Positions 1 through 8,142 of a DNA stretch of 64,000 bases are shown here, in pieces (within the stretch, counting starts at the first letter, position 1; each line of letters begins with the position of its first letter). The notes under the pieces were generated by a model, which was not told the origin of the DNA, did not search any database, and was given only the letters and a program-made list of their open reading frames with translations. The stretch is from an uncultured Actinomycetes bacterium (GTDB taxonomy: Bacteria; Actinomycetota; Thermoleophilia; UBA2241), in contig CAVPVX010000011.1 of assembly GCA_963709345.1 (NCBI GenBank), forward strand, positions 18,391-82,390, given 5' to 3'. Both the position numbers and the translations under genes were made by a program.

Positions 1-11
1 CGCCGTGGGCG

Positions 12-869
12 CTAGATGTTGAGGCGCACGCCGTCGACGTAGCTCAGGCTGCGGCCCGCGCGTTCGATGTTGGGGTAGCCCTCGCGCGTCGCGAGCAGTC
101 GCTCGAGGCCGAATCCCAGACCGACCCACGGGTCCACGATGCCCCAGTTGCCGTCCAGGGGGTGCGGACCCATCCCGGCCGAGCAGACCTCGACGCCGTC
201 GACCTCGACGTCGACCATGGCGCCGTAGACCTCGGAATCGGTGACGACCAGCTCGTAGGGGGCGATGCCGGCGGCGGCCATGACGGCGCCGGCCAGCTCC
301 TCGAGGCGCGAGCGGCACTCGGCGGCGGGCCGGCCGAGCTCGACGAGGTTGAGCATCGTGAACTCGTTGAGGTGATTGGCGCCCTGCGAGTCGCGCCGGA
401 AGCACGCGCCGAGCTCGAAGATGCCGAACGGCTTGCTCCAGAGGCGCCCGAGCCGGCGAAGAAGCGTATACAGGTTGGGCGCCAGCATCGGACGCAGGCA
501 GCGCCCGTCGTCAAGCCAGAAGACCTGGTCGCGCAGCGGATGCCCGTGGTCGACACCCATCTTGACGAGCGAGTCCGACGTGATGATGAGGGGGGTGGCG
601 ACTCTCACGAACCCGGCGCCGGTGAGAGCGTCCGAGAGACGGGTCTCGAGCGCGACGAGTCCGGGGACCCGGGTTCCGTCACGCAGCTGCTTCAGCCGCC
701 GCCGCCCGGCCTGAGTGAGCTCGTCCTCGAGGCGCTTGAAGGCGGCGTTGCGAGCGCCGGCGTCCGGGTAGACGCCGGCGAGCGCAACGCCGCCGGCGCC
801 GAGCTCGCGCAGACGCTGGGCTTGCGTCGCCGTCAACCCGACGAGCGGGTGCTGGTCGCCCGTCGTCAT
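12..869 (-). CDS. pylS: pyrrolysyl-tRNA synthetase, C-terminal catalytic subunit (PylSc, 285 aa, ends in TAG)
   Basis: Tail of the 12..2399 minus ORF from MTTGDQHPLVGL. Class II aaRS motifs and near-identity to PylS cores: LRPMLAPNLY, HLNEFTMLNL, GPHPLDGNWGIVDPWVGLGFGLERLL, C-terminal RSLSYVDGVRLNI. ATG at 867-869 preceded by GGAGAGGAG. Confidence 0.9.
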   Translation of the reverse strand: MTTGDQHPLVGLTATQAQRLRELGAGGVALAGVYPDAGARNAAFKRLEDELTQAGRRRLKQLRDGTRVPGLVALETRLSDALTGAGFVRVATPLIITSDSLVKMGVDHGHPLRDQVFWLDDGRCLRPMLAPNLYTLLRRLGRLWSKPFGIFELGACFRRDSQGANHLNEFTMLNLVELGRPAAECRSRLEELAGAVMAAAGIAPYELVVTDSEVYGAMVDVEVDGVEVCSAGMGPHPLDGNWGIVDPWVGLGFGLERLLATREGYPNIERAGRSLSYVDGVRLNI

Positions 870-2098
870 CGCTCCGACTCCTCTCCGGGGGAGCGCGCGA
901 GGTAGTCGGCCAGACCGCCCACCAGCGCGCGCGCCAGCGTCTCGATGTGCTCGGGGCTGCGCGCGAGGGTCTCGTCGGCCGGGCAGGAGAGGAACAGAGG
1001 CTCGATCATGAGCGCGATGCCGCGCGTCTCGCGCAGCAGGCCGTAGTTGCGGCCGAAGCGCCCGATCCAGGGGACGCCGGCCGCCGTCATGCGGCCGGCG
1101 ATGTAGCCGGCGAGGCGCCGTCCGTGCTCCGAGTAGTAGTGGCTGCGCTGGAAGAAATACGCGGCGCCGCCACGGGCTTCCGGGGCCTCGTTCGCATTGC
1201 AGTGCAGCGAGATGAAGTACGCGGACCCCGCGGCGTTGGCCGCCTCGGCGCGTGCGTAGAGAGGCAGGCGCTCGTCGGTCTCGCGCGTGAGATGCACGCG
1301 GCAGCCCTCGGCGCGCAGCAGCTCCGCGAGACGCCGCCCGAGAGCCAGTGCAACATCCTTCTCGGCGAGCCCGCCGGGAGAGACCTGCCCGGTGTCGGCG
1401 CCGCCGTGTCCGGGGTCGATGGTGACGGACTGGCCGGTGAGGCTGCGCGCCGACACGTACCCGCCGTCGCGCTCGGGGATCTTCTTGCCCTCGCGGCCCG
1501 ACTCCGCCTTGCGCAGCGCCGCGAGCTTGCGGATGGTGCTCTCGCCGACGATGCCGTCGAGCGGCAGGCCGGCGTTGCGCTGGAAGTCGAGGACGGCGCG
1601 CTCCACATCGTCGTCGAGCACCCCGCGCTCGGCGCCCGCGTTGAAGCCGAGCAGGTTGAGCTTGACCTGGAGTTCGAGCACGTCGTCGCCGCGGAACGGC
1701 GGTTCGCGAAGGTACAGAAGGCGGTCGCCCAGGGTGTAGCCCGCCTCGACGAGCTCGCGCCACGTGTTGGCTCCGACGCGGCCGTCCACGAGCAGACCGC
1801 GCCGCTGCTGGAACGCGCGCAGCGCCAGCTCCGTGCCGGGGCCGAAGTAGCCGTCGACGCCCTCTCGGCCCAGCTCGAAGCCCTGCCCGCGGAGACGGGT
1901 CTGGACGTCGAGGACTTCTTTGCCGCGGTCGCCGAGAGAGAGGTCGCGCACCGGTGACTCCTGGTCGCCAGGCCCTGCTTCGCAAGGCCCGTGTCGCTGG
2001 GCCCTGGATTCTATACGACTCGCCTCGCCCTGGCGGCCTGCGCGCGGGTGAGCCACTGCCGGAGCCGAGGTTAGCGCATCGGCGTCTGGTGGTAGCAC
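866..2098 (-). CDS. N-acetylmuramoyl-L-alanine amidase, CwlM-like (two PG_binding_1 repeats plus Amidase_3); true start may be the GTG near 1958
   Basis: Motifs TIDPGHGGADTG, YFISLHCNA, MIEPLFLS and two LGDRGKEVLDVQTRL-type peptidoglycan-binding repeats. Its TGA stop overlaps the pylSc ATG (ATGA). Confidence 0.85.
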   Translation of the reverse strand: MLPPDADALTSAPAVAHPRAGRQGEASRIESRAQRHGPCEAGPGDQESPVRDLSLGDRGKEVLDVQTRLRGQGFELGREGVDGYFGPGTELALRAFQQRRGLLVDGRVGANTWRELVEAGYTLGDRLLYLREPPFRGDDVLELQVKLNLLGFNAGAERGVLDDDVERAVLDFQRNAGLPLDGIVGESTIRKLAALRKAESGREGKKIPERDGGYVSARSLTGQSVTIDPGHGGADTGQVSPGGLAEKDVALALGRRLAELLRAEGCRVHLTRETDERLPLYARAEAANAAGSAYFISLHCNANEAPEARGGAAYFFQRSHYYSEHGRRLAGYIAGRMTAAGVPWIGRFGRNYGLLRETRGIALMIEPLFLSCPADETLARSPEHIETLARALVGGLADYLARSPGEESER

Positions 2099-2147
2099 CG
2101 CATGCGAGGGCCATCAATCGGGCACGGACATAAGGGAGACGAGGCCG

Positions 2148-2564
2148 ATGGCGATCACGGACCCGGTGACGATCAGCTGGAAGAATGAAGGCCTCCTCTT
2201 CGAAGGGCGGTCGGCGAACGGGCGTGTGGACCTCGTGTCGTCGCTCGACGAGGGCGCCGACGGTGTGAGGCCGATGGAGATGCTCGCGCTTGCCCTCGGT
2301 AGCTGCACTGCCATGGACGTGCTCTCGATTCTGCGCAAGATGCGGCAGCCGATCGAGGCCTTCCGTGTCGAGGTGAGCGGGGAGAAGGCTGAGGACCACC
2401 CCAAGCGGTATACCTCACTCGAGGTCGTGTACTACTTCAAAGGCGAGCTCGACGCGGCCAAGGTCCGTCGCGCGATCGACCTCTCGGAGACGCGGTACTG
2501 CTCGGTGGAGGCGACCCTACGTCCGGCGGTGCCGATCACGTCGCGATACGTGATCGAGTCCTGA
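2148..2564 (+). CDS. OsmC/Ohr family peroxiredoxin-like protein
   Basis: 138 aa ORF with an OsmC-like Cys-containing core (LGSCTAMDV ... TRYCSVEATL). Confidence 0.85.
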   Translation: MAITDPVTISWKNEGLLFEGRSANGRVDLVSSLDEGADGVRPMEMLALALGSCTAMDVLSILRKMRQPIEAFRVEVSGEKAEDHPKRYTSLEVVYYFKGELDAAKVRRAIDLSETRYCSVEATLRPAVPITSRYVIES

Positions 2565-2684
2565 CGACGCTCGGGACGCCCGGGACTTCGCATCCGGAAC
2601 GAGTTCGCACTACGCGCACCGTGTTTACAGGAGTAGTGCCTGACGATACTATCTGGCCAACGACTCCGGCACAGAGGAAGGTGC

Positions 2685-3392
2685 GTGGACCGCGATCACG
2701 ATTTGTCGGCCGTCCTGGCGGACGACACGCGCTATCACATTTACAGATCGATCGCGGAGCGACCCGGCGAGGACGTCACCGTGGCCGACGTGGCCGGAGG
2801 ATTCGGCCTGCACCCGAACGTCGCCCGGATGCACTTGGCGAAGCTCGAGCAGGCGGGCTTTCTCGTCACCGGCTTCCGTCGCGCCGCCGGTGGCGGGCGC
2901 CCCGCCAAGCTCTATCGCCTGAGCGAGATGGTCGTCACCTTCGGGTTCCCGCCGCGCCGCTACGACCTGCTCTCGCGACTCGCCATCGACGCCCTGGCTT
3001 CGGGCGGTACGCGAGAGGACGCGCTGCGGGTCTGTCGAGAAGCGGGCGCCGCGGAGGGGAGGCGCGCACTCGCCGGGGAGGCGGGACCGCCTCGCGACGG
3101 ACCCGCGGCGGCGACCACGATCTCCGCCATCGCCGAGGAGCAGGGCCTGCTGCCCGATGTCTCGTGGCGTGACGATTCCCTGAGCGTGGTGGTGCACAAC
3201 TGCGCGTTCAAGGAGTTGTCGGCCGCCGATCCGGATCTCGTCTGCGCCATGCACCGGGCGTACCTCGAGGGGATCCTCGACGTCGTGACCTCGAGGCTCG
3301 GCACGCTGGTCATCGCCTCGGACGGCCGTCGCATCAGTTGTGGAGACGACTGCTGCGAGCTGGTGTGCTCCTTCCGGCCCCGGCGCGCGTGA
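2685..3392 (+). CDS. HTH transcriptional regulator (ArsR/COG2345-like) with a Cys-rich C-terminal domain
   Basis: N-terminal wHTH (TRYHIYRSIAERPGEDVTVADVAGGFGLHPNVARMHLAKLEQAGFLV). C-terminal cysteines: NCAFK, CAMH, SCGDDCCELVC. GTG start after GAGGAAG. Confidence 0.6.
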   Translation: MDRDHDLSAVLADDTRYHIYRSIAERPGEDVTVADVAGGFGLHPNVARMHLAKLEQAGFLVTGFRRAAGGGRPAKLYRLSEMVVTFGFPPRRYDLLSRLAIDALASGGTREDALRVCREAGAAEGRRALAGEAGPPRDGPAAATTISAIAEEQGLLPDVSWRDDSLSVVVHNCAFKELSAADPDLVCAMHRAYLEGILDVVTSRLGTLVIASDGRRISCGDDCCELVCSFRPRRA

Positions 3393-3450
3393 GAGAACGG
3401 CTCCGCGCGGTGATACTCTACCGGCAGCACGCGACCAGAGGGAGACTGAT

Positions 3451-3804
3451 CTGAGCATCGACGAGGCCATCCGAGATCTGCTCGACGTGTCCACCGACAT
3501 CCGGTCGGTCGCCGTCCTCGACGGCGACGGGTCGTTCGTCGCCGGTGGCCCTGGGACGTACGAGTCCGCCGCAGCGCCGGTCGGTCGTCTGTGGGACGCG
3601 GCCGTTCTCCGTGCCCGGGCGTTCGGGGATACGCTGCTCGACCACGTCTTCGTCCCCGGCCGCAACGGGTGCGTCGCCGTCGTGTCCGCGCGTGGACGTC
3701 GCATCGTCGCGCTCACGGGTCCACAGCCGGCCGTCGGCCTGCTCCTCTTCGACCTGCGCACGTGCCTGGGCGATGCCTATGCCGGCGAGGAGGGCTCGCC
3801 GTGA
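3451..3804 (+). CDS. Roadblock/LC7 (MglB-like) domain protein; start codon uncertain
   Basis: Roadblock-like sequence pattern (IRSVAVLDGDGSFVAG ... GCVAVVSARGRRIVALTG ... LLLFDLR). Only a CTG/ATC start lies behind AGGGAG. Stop overlaps the next gene (GTGA). Confidence 0.45.
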   Translation: MSIDEAIRDLLDVSTDIRSVAVLDGDGSFVAGGPGTYESAAAPVGRLWDAAVLRARAFGDTLLDHVFVPGRNGCVAVVSARGRRIVALTGPQPAVGLLLFDLRTCLGDAYAGEEGSP

Positions 3805-4019
3805 AGGCGCGTCGCATCACCCTGATCGCGCTGGCCGCCGGCAGTATCGCCGGGCTTCTATGGTGGCGTCGCCGCGGCGGCACGTCGGTGTCGCAGACGT
3901 CGGCCCAGCTCGGCCTGGCCGACGGGAGCGTGCACGTGCTCGACTCCGCCGGCCCTGCGGTGGCCGAATTGGAGAGTCTTTCGGCGGCCGTGCGCGCGGT
4001 CATGACGGAGCAGCCCTGA
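3801..4019 (+). CDS. small membrane-anchored protein (72 aa, one TM helix)
   Basis: GTG start overlapping the upstream stop. N-terminal KARR then hydrophobic ITLIALAAGSIAGLLWW. Its stop overlaps the tldD ATG. Confidence 0.4.
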   Translation: MKARRITLIALAAGSIAGLLWWRRRGGTSVSQTSAQLGLADGSVHVLDSAGPAVAELESLSAAVRAVMTEQP

Positions 4020-5419
4020 TGGACGTCAGGTCGTTCGACACCGGTCTTCTCGAGGCGACGATCGCGAAGGCCCTGCATCGAGGCGGCGACTTCGCCGAGG
4101 TGTACGTGGAAGACCGCGAGAGCCTCGGTCTGCGCCTGGAGGACGGGCGCATCGAGCAGACGAGCGGCGGCCGCGAGCTCGGCGCCGCCGTGCGGCTGCT
4201 CTCCGGGGAGCACACCTACTACGCCTACAGCGACGCCGTCGACGAGGCCGGTCTCCTGGCCGCCGCCGACGCGGTCGCCGCGGCGGTCAGTTCGGGGAAG
4301 CCGGGCAGCTCGGTGGTCCGGCTCGTCGCGGTGCGCGCCGACACCAACCGGCACCCGGTCCTCACGCCTCCGTCCACCGTCGCGATCGCCCGCAAGGCCG
4401 AGCTGGTCCGGGCCGGTGACGAAGCGGCGCGCAGCGCCGGCGCGGAGATAGCCCAGGCCATCGTCGGCTACGGCGACACCCGCCAGCGGGTCCTCATCGC
4501 CAACTCGCTGGGCGACCTCGTCTTCGACGACCGCACGCGCACGCGCTTCTCCGCCCAGGTCGTGGCTCGCCGTGGCGAAGTGATCCAGACCGGTCACGAG
4601 ACGGTCGGCGGCAGTGCCGGATTCGAGCTTCTCGACGAGGCTACGGCGCGCGACGTGGCGGCGACAGCGGCAGAGAAGGCGCGCGCCATGCTGGACTCCA
4701 GGCCCGCACCTGTCGGCGCGATGCCGGTAGTCCTGGCCAACGGCTTCGGAGGCACGCTCTTCCACGAGGCCTGCGGCCACGGGCTCGAGGCCGACGCCAT
4801 CGCCAAGGGCGCGAGCATCTACGAGGGAAAGCTGGGCGAAGTCGTGGCCGCTCCCATCGTCAGTGCGTTCGACGAAGGCTCTCTGCCCAACGGCTGGGGC
4901 TCGCAGGCGTTTGACGACGAGGGCACGCCGACCCAGAAGACGCTGGTCATCGAGGAGGGCCGCCTCACCGGCTATCTGTATGACCGGCTGCGGGCCCGCG
5001 AGGTGGGCGCCGAGCCTACGGGCAACGGCCGCCGGCAGTCCTTCCGCCACGTCCCGATCCCGAGGATGACGACCACCTACATCGCGCCGGGAGACGCGTC
5101 GCCGGACGAGATCATCGCAGCGACGCCTCGAGGCTTCTATGCCAAGAGCCTGGCCGGCGGGCAGGTCGAGCCGGCCAGCGGCAGTTTCGTGTTCGGCGTC
5201 GCCGAGGGCTACCTCATCGAGAACGGCAAGGTGACGACCCCTTTGCGCGGGGCCACGCTCGTCGGCAACGGGATCGACATCCTCATGAAGATCGACATGA
5301 TCGCGAACGACTTCGACGTCAAGACCGGCATCTGCGGCAAGGACGGCCAGGGTGTGCCGGTCGGAACCGGCCAGGCGACCCTGCGCATCGCCGAGATGAC
5401 GGTGGGGGGGACGGGCTGA
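4019..5419 (+). CDS. tldD: metalloprotease TldD
   Basis: Full-length TldD similarity from MDVRSFDTGLLEA (HEACGHGLEADA motif). The N-terminal extension of the 3545 ORF was discounted. Confidence 0.9.
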   Translation: MDVRSFDTGLLEATIAKALHRGGDFAEVYVEDRESLGLRLEDGRIEQTSGGRELGAAVRLLSGEHTYYAYSDAVDEAGLLAAADAVAAAVSSGKPGSSVVRLVAVRADTNRHPVLTPPSTVAIARKAELVRAGDEAARSAGAEIAQAIVGYGDTRQRVLIANSLGDLVFDDRTRTRFSAQVVARRGEVIQTGHETVGGSAGFELLDEATARDVAATAAEKARAMLDSRPAPVGAMPVVLANGFGGTLFHEACGHGLEADAIAKGASIYEGKLGEVVAAPIVSAFDEGSLPNGWGSQAFDDEGTPTQKTLVIEEGRLTGYLYDRLRAREVGAEPTGNGRRQSFRHVPIPRMTTTYIAPGDASPDEIIAATPRGFYAKSLAGGQVEPASGSFVFGVAEGYLIENGKVTTPLRGATLVGNGIDILMKIDMIANDFDVKTGICGKDGQGVPVGTGQATLRIAEMTVGGTG

Positions 5420-6759
5420 TGTTCGACGTTCTCGACGCGATCCTCGAGCGTGCGGCCGCCGCGGGCGCCTGTGATGTCGAGGCCTATGCGGAGAGCTCGA
5501 CGTCGCATCGCATCAAGGTGTACCGGCAGGAGGTCGAACAGCTGACCGCTGCGCGGCATCGCGGCGTCGGCGTCCGGGTCTTCCGCGACGGCGCCGTGGG
5601 GCACGCGTACACGTCGGACCTGAGCGACGAAGCGCTCAATGCGGTCGTGCGGCGCGCCGTCGAGCATGCGGCCGTGAGCGATCCGGACGAGTTCGCCGCG
5701 TTGCCGGCGCCCGCAGGCGAGCCGGCCGACGTGCACCCGTTCGACCCACGGCTGACGGCGACGACCGACGAGGAGCGCATCGCCGTCGCGCTCGAGGTCG
5801 AGGCGACGGCGCTGGCCGCCGACCCGCGCGTCAAGACCGTCGAGGACACGATGTACGTCGACGGCGACGGCGAGGTCTTCATCGCCAGCACCGCCGGCGT
5901 GCGCGGCAGCTACCGCGCCGGGCAGTGTTACGCGTTCGCCTACGTGCTCGCCGAGCAGGAGGACCAGGTCGAGACCGGCTACTCCTACAGCGTCGGCCGG
6001 GCGCTCCAGGATCTGGAGCCGGCAGCCGTCGGGCGCGAAGCCACCGAGAGAGCCGTCCGGCTGCTCGGCGCCCGCAAGTGCCCGTCCATGAAGGCGCCGG
6101 TGATCCTGGATCCGTTCGTGTCCGCGGCGTTCTTCGGCGTGCTGAGCTCGGCCCTCACGGCCGACGCCGTGCAGAAAGGACGCTCGCTCTTCGCCGGGCG
6201 CGAGGGCGAGCGGGTCGCCGGGGAGCTCCTCCAGCTGGTCGACGACGGCACGCTCGAGGACGGCATCGAGAGCGCCCCGTTCGACGGCGAGGGCACGCCC
6301 TGCGGCCGCACGCCGCTCATCACCGGCGGTGTGCTCCAGGGCTTCCTCTACGACACGTATACGGCGCGGAAGGCCGGCCGCGAAAGCACCGGCAACGGCC
6401 TCCGTGGCGGCTACTCGGGGCTGCCCGGCGTGCGGCCGACGAACCTTGTGGTCGCCGGGCCGGCGACCCCGCTGGCCGAGATCGTCGCCGGCATGGACCG
6501 CGGCGTACTCGTGACTGACGCGGTGGGCATCCACTCCGGCGCCAATCCCATCTCGGGCGAGTTCTCCGTCGGCATCAGCGGCGTACTCATCGAGGCCGGT
6601 CAGTTCACGACGCCGGTGCGAGAGGTCACTCTTGCCGGTGACATCGTCGGTATGCTCACCGGTATCCGGGCGCTCGGTGACGACGCCCGCTGGGTCCCCG
6701 CCGGCGCCGTCCGTACGCCGTCCGTGGTCATCGACGGCATGGCCGTCGGCGGTACCTGA
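5419..6759 (+). CDS. pmbA: metalloprotease PmbA/TldE
   Basis: TldD/PmbA family similarity. TGATG overlap with tldD. Confidence 0.9.
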   Translation: MFDVLDAILERAAAAGACDVEAYAESSTSHRIKVYRQEVEQLTAARHRGVGVRVFRDGAVGHAYTSDLSDEALNAVVRRAVEHAAVSDPDEFAALPAPAGEPADVHPFDPRLTATTDEERIAVALEVEATALAADPRVKTVEDTMYVDGDGEVFIASTAGVRGSYRAGQCYAFAYVLAEQEDQVETGYSYSVGRALQDLEPAAVGREATERAVRLLGARKCPSMKAPVILDPFVSAAFFGVLSSALTADAVQKGRSLFAGREGERVAGELLQLVDDGTLEDGIESAPFDGEGTPCGRTPLITGGVLQGFLYDTYTARKAGRESTGNGLRGGYSGLPGVRPTNLVVAGPATPLAEIVAGMDRGVLVTDAVGIHSGANPISGEFSVGISGVLIEAGQFTTPVREVTLAGDIVGMLTGIRALGDDARWVPAGAVRTPSVVIDGMAVGGT

Positions 6760-6822
6760 TACGGTCTGCCGGGGCTCGTCCGCGGGTCCCGAGTTCGACC
6801 TCAGACGACTGAAGGGAGCCCC

Positions 6823-7356
6823 GTGAGCGATGATCTCGGCAAGCGCCTGCTTGAGGCCAGCTACCTCGAGGGCGACTTCGTCCTCCGGTCGGGCCGCCGC
6901 AGCAGGTTCTACCTCGACAAGTACCTGTTCTCGACGCGACCGGATCTGCTGCGCGACATCGCCGCCGGCCTGGCGGCGAAGCTGCCGGCGTACGAGCCCT
7001 TCGACTTGCTGGCCGGCCCGGAGCTCGGCGCCGTGGCCATCGTCGCCGCCGTGTCGCTCGCCTGCGGCAAACCGTTCGTGATCGTGCGCAAGGGCGCCAA
7101 GGGCTACGGCACCGACAAGGCGATGGAAGGCAAAGCCGAGGTCGGGCAGCGGGTCGTCATGATCGAGGACATCGTCACGTCGGGCGGCGCCGCGCTCATG
7201 GCCGTGGACAGGTTGCGCGAGGTGGGGCTCGATGTGGGGACGCTGCTCTGCGTGGTCGACCGCGAAGAGGGCGGCCGGGCGCAGATCGAGGCCAAGGGCC
7301 TCACGCTGGATCCACTGTTCACGGCCACGTCTCTCGGGATCAAGAAGGCGGAGTAG
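6823..7356 (+). CDS. pyrE: orotate phosphoribosyltransferase
   Basis: PRTase motif VVMIEDIVTSGGAA. 177 aa. TAG stop. Confidence 0.9.
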   Translation: MSDDLGKRLLEASYLEGDFVLRSGRRSRFYLDKYLFSTRPDLLRDIAAGLAAKLPAYEPFDLLAGPELGAVAIVAAVSLACGKPFVIVRKGAKGYGTDKAMEGKAEVGQRVVMIEDIVTSGGAALMAVDRLREVGLDVGTLLCVVDREEGGRAQIEAKGLTLDPLFTATSLGIKKAE

Positions 7357-7362
7357 CGACCG

Positions 7363-7408
7363 GGGCGTCCACACCCGAGGCCGCCGGCAGCCGCTCCGCC
7401 GCGCCCCG
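7363..7408. terminator. GC-rich hairpin between convergent pyrE and the lipoprotein gene
   Basis: ggggcg ... cgcccc inverted repeat in the 55 nt convergent gap. Confidence 0.3.
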
Positions 7409-7411
7409 TCG

Positions 7412-8044
7412 TCACTGCACCGTGAACGTCCCCACGGCGGCGTCCAGCGTACCGCTGATGGATTCCCACTCCGCCGACGTCGCCTGCGCGGTGATCTGGA
7501 ACTCGTACTGCCCATTGATCAGGAAGTAGGTGACGGCGGTGTTCTCCGTGCCCTCCTCCGTGTAGACATACTTGAAGCCGTAGCCGGGGGTGCCGTTGAT
7601 CTCGGCCTCCTGGAGAGGCTCGACGACCTCGGCCGCCGGCGCGGAACCCATGAGCTGGTCGACGATACCCTGGACCTCCTGTTCCAGCTGCGGGACCTCC
7701 TCGGGCTCGACGGCGCGGGTGAGTTCGTAGACGGAGATCTGGATCACGTTCACGTACCGGTCCGAGATCGTCGGGCCGTCCTTGTCGGCGAAGACGATGC
7801 TGAAGACCGCCTCGCCTCCGGTGCTGGCCGAGGAGACGGGCTCGCCTTCGGTGAACCGGGCATCGTACGTGATGCTGAAGCCGTACTCGGCGTCGGTGTA
7901 GGTCGTCATCTCGTCGCCCGATGAGCCTCCACCCGGCTGGTCGCCGGAGTCACTGCCGCCACCGCCGCTGCAGGCGCCGACGGTGAGCAGCAGGCCCGCC
8001 AGCAGCAGGAGTAGAGCCATGGACCTGCGGATCTCGTGCACTGG
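7412..8044 (-). CDS. secreted lipoprotein, unknown function
   Basis: GTG start after GAGGAGG. Signal peptide VHEIRRSMALLLLLAGLLLTVGAC with a lipobox-like VGAC, then a Gly/Ser-rich linker. Confidence 0.6.
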   Translation of the reverse strand, partial: PVHEIRRSMALLLLLAGLLLTVGACSGGGGSDSGDQPGGGSSGDEMTTYTDAEYGFSITYDARFTEGEPVSSASTGGEAVFSIVFADKDGPTISDRYVNVIQISVYELTRAVEPEEVPQLEQEVQGIVDQLMGSAPAAEVVEPLQEAEINGTPGYGFKYVYTEEGTENTAVTYFLINGQYEFQITAQATSAEWESISGTLDAAVGTFTVQ

Positions 8045-8142
8045 TCCTCCTCGGAGAGAGATGTCGGGGCGCGGTTCAACCGCCGGGTGATGGGTCCTTC
8101 GCACGCTGTCGGCCGCGGGGCGTGCCTTCTCGTGGCCCGGGG

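Noticed and set aside
2035-2110. B12-box-like GCCACTG upstream of osmC
   Set aside because: Only the heptamer matches. The other conserved cobalamin riboswitch elements (GGGAA, GUGAAA-UCC, the CCCGC context) are absent, and the downstream gene is not B12-related.
1960-2147. pylT (tRNA-Pyl) upstream of the amidase-pylSc pair, or elsewhere in the window
   Set aside because: No cloverleaf with a CUA anticodon could be folded on either strand. The only tRNA found is tRNA-Asn at 59283.
12-2399. 795-aa minus-strand ORF, and similar very long ORFs at 5209..7515, 27831..31226, 42342..44459, 44405..46243 and 49729..53271
   Set aside because: These are stop-free antisense or out-of-frame runs typical of 72% GC DNA. 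Their products are Arg/Ala/Pro-rich with low GC3, and real conserved genes occupy the opposite strand or another frame.
3545-4018. N-terminal 158-aa extension of the TldD ORF
   Set aside because: Low-complexity Arg/Ser-rich and overlapping the Roadblock and small-protein genes. TldD homology begins at the ATG at 4019.
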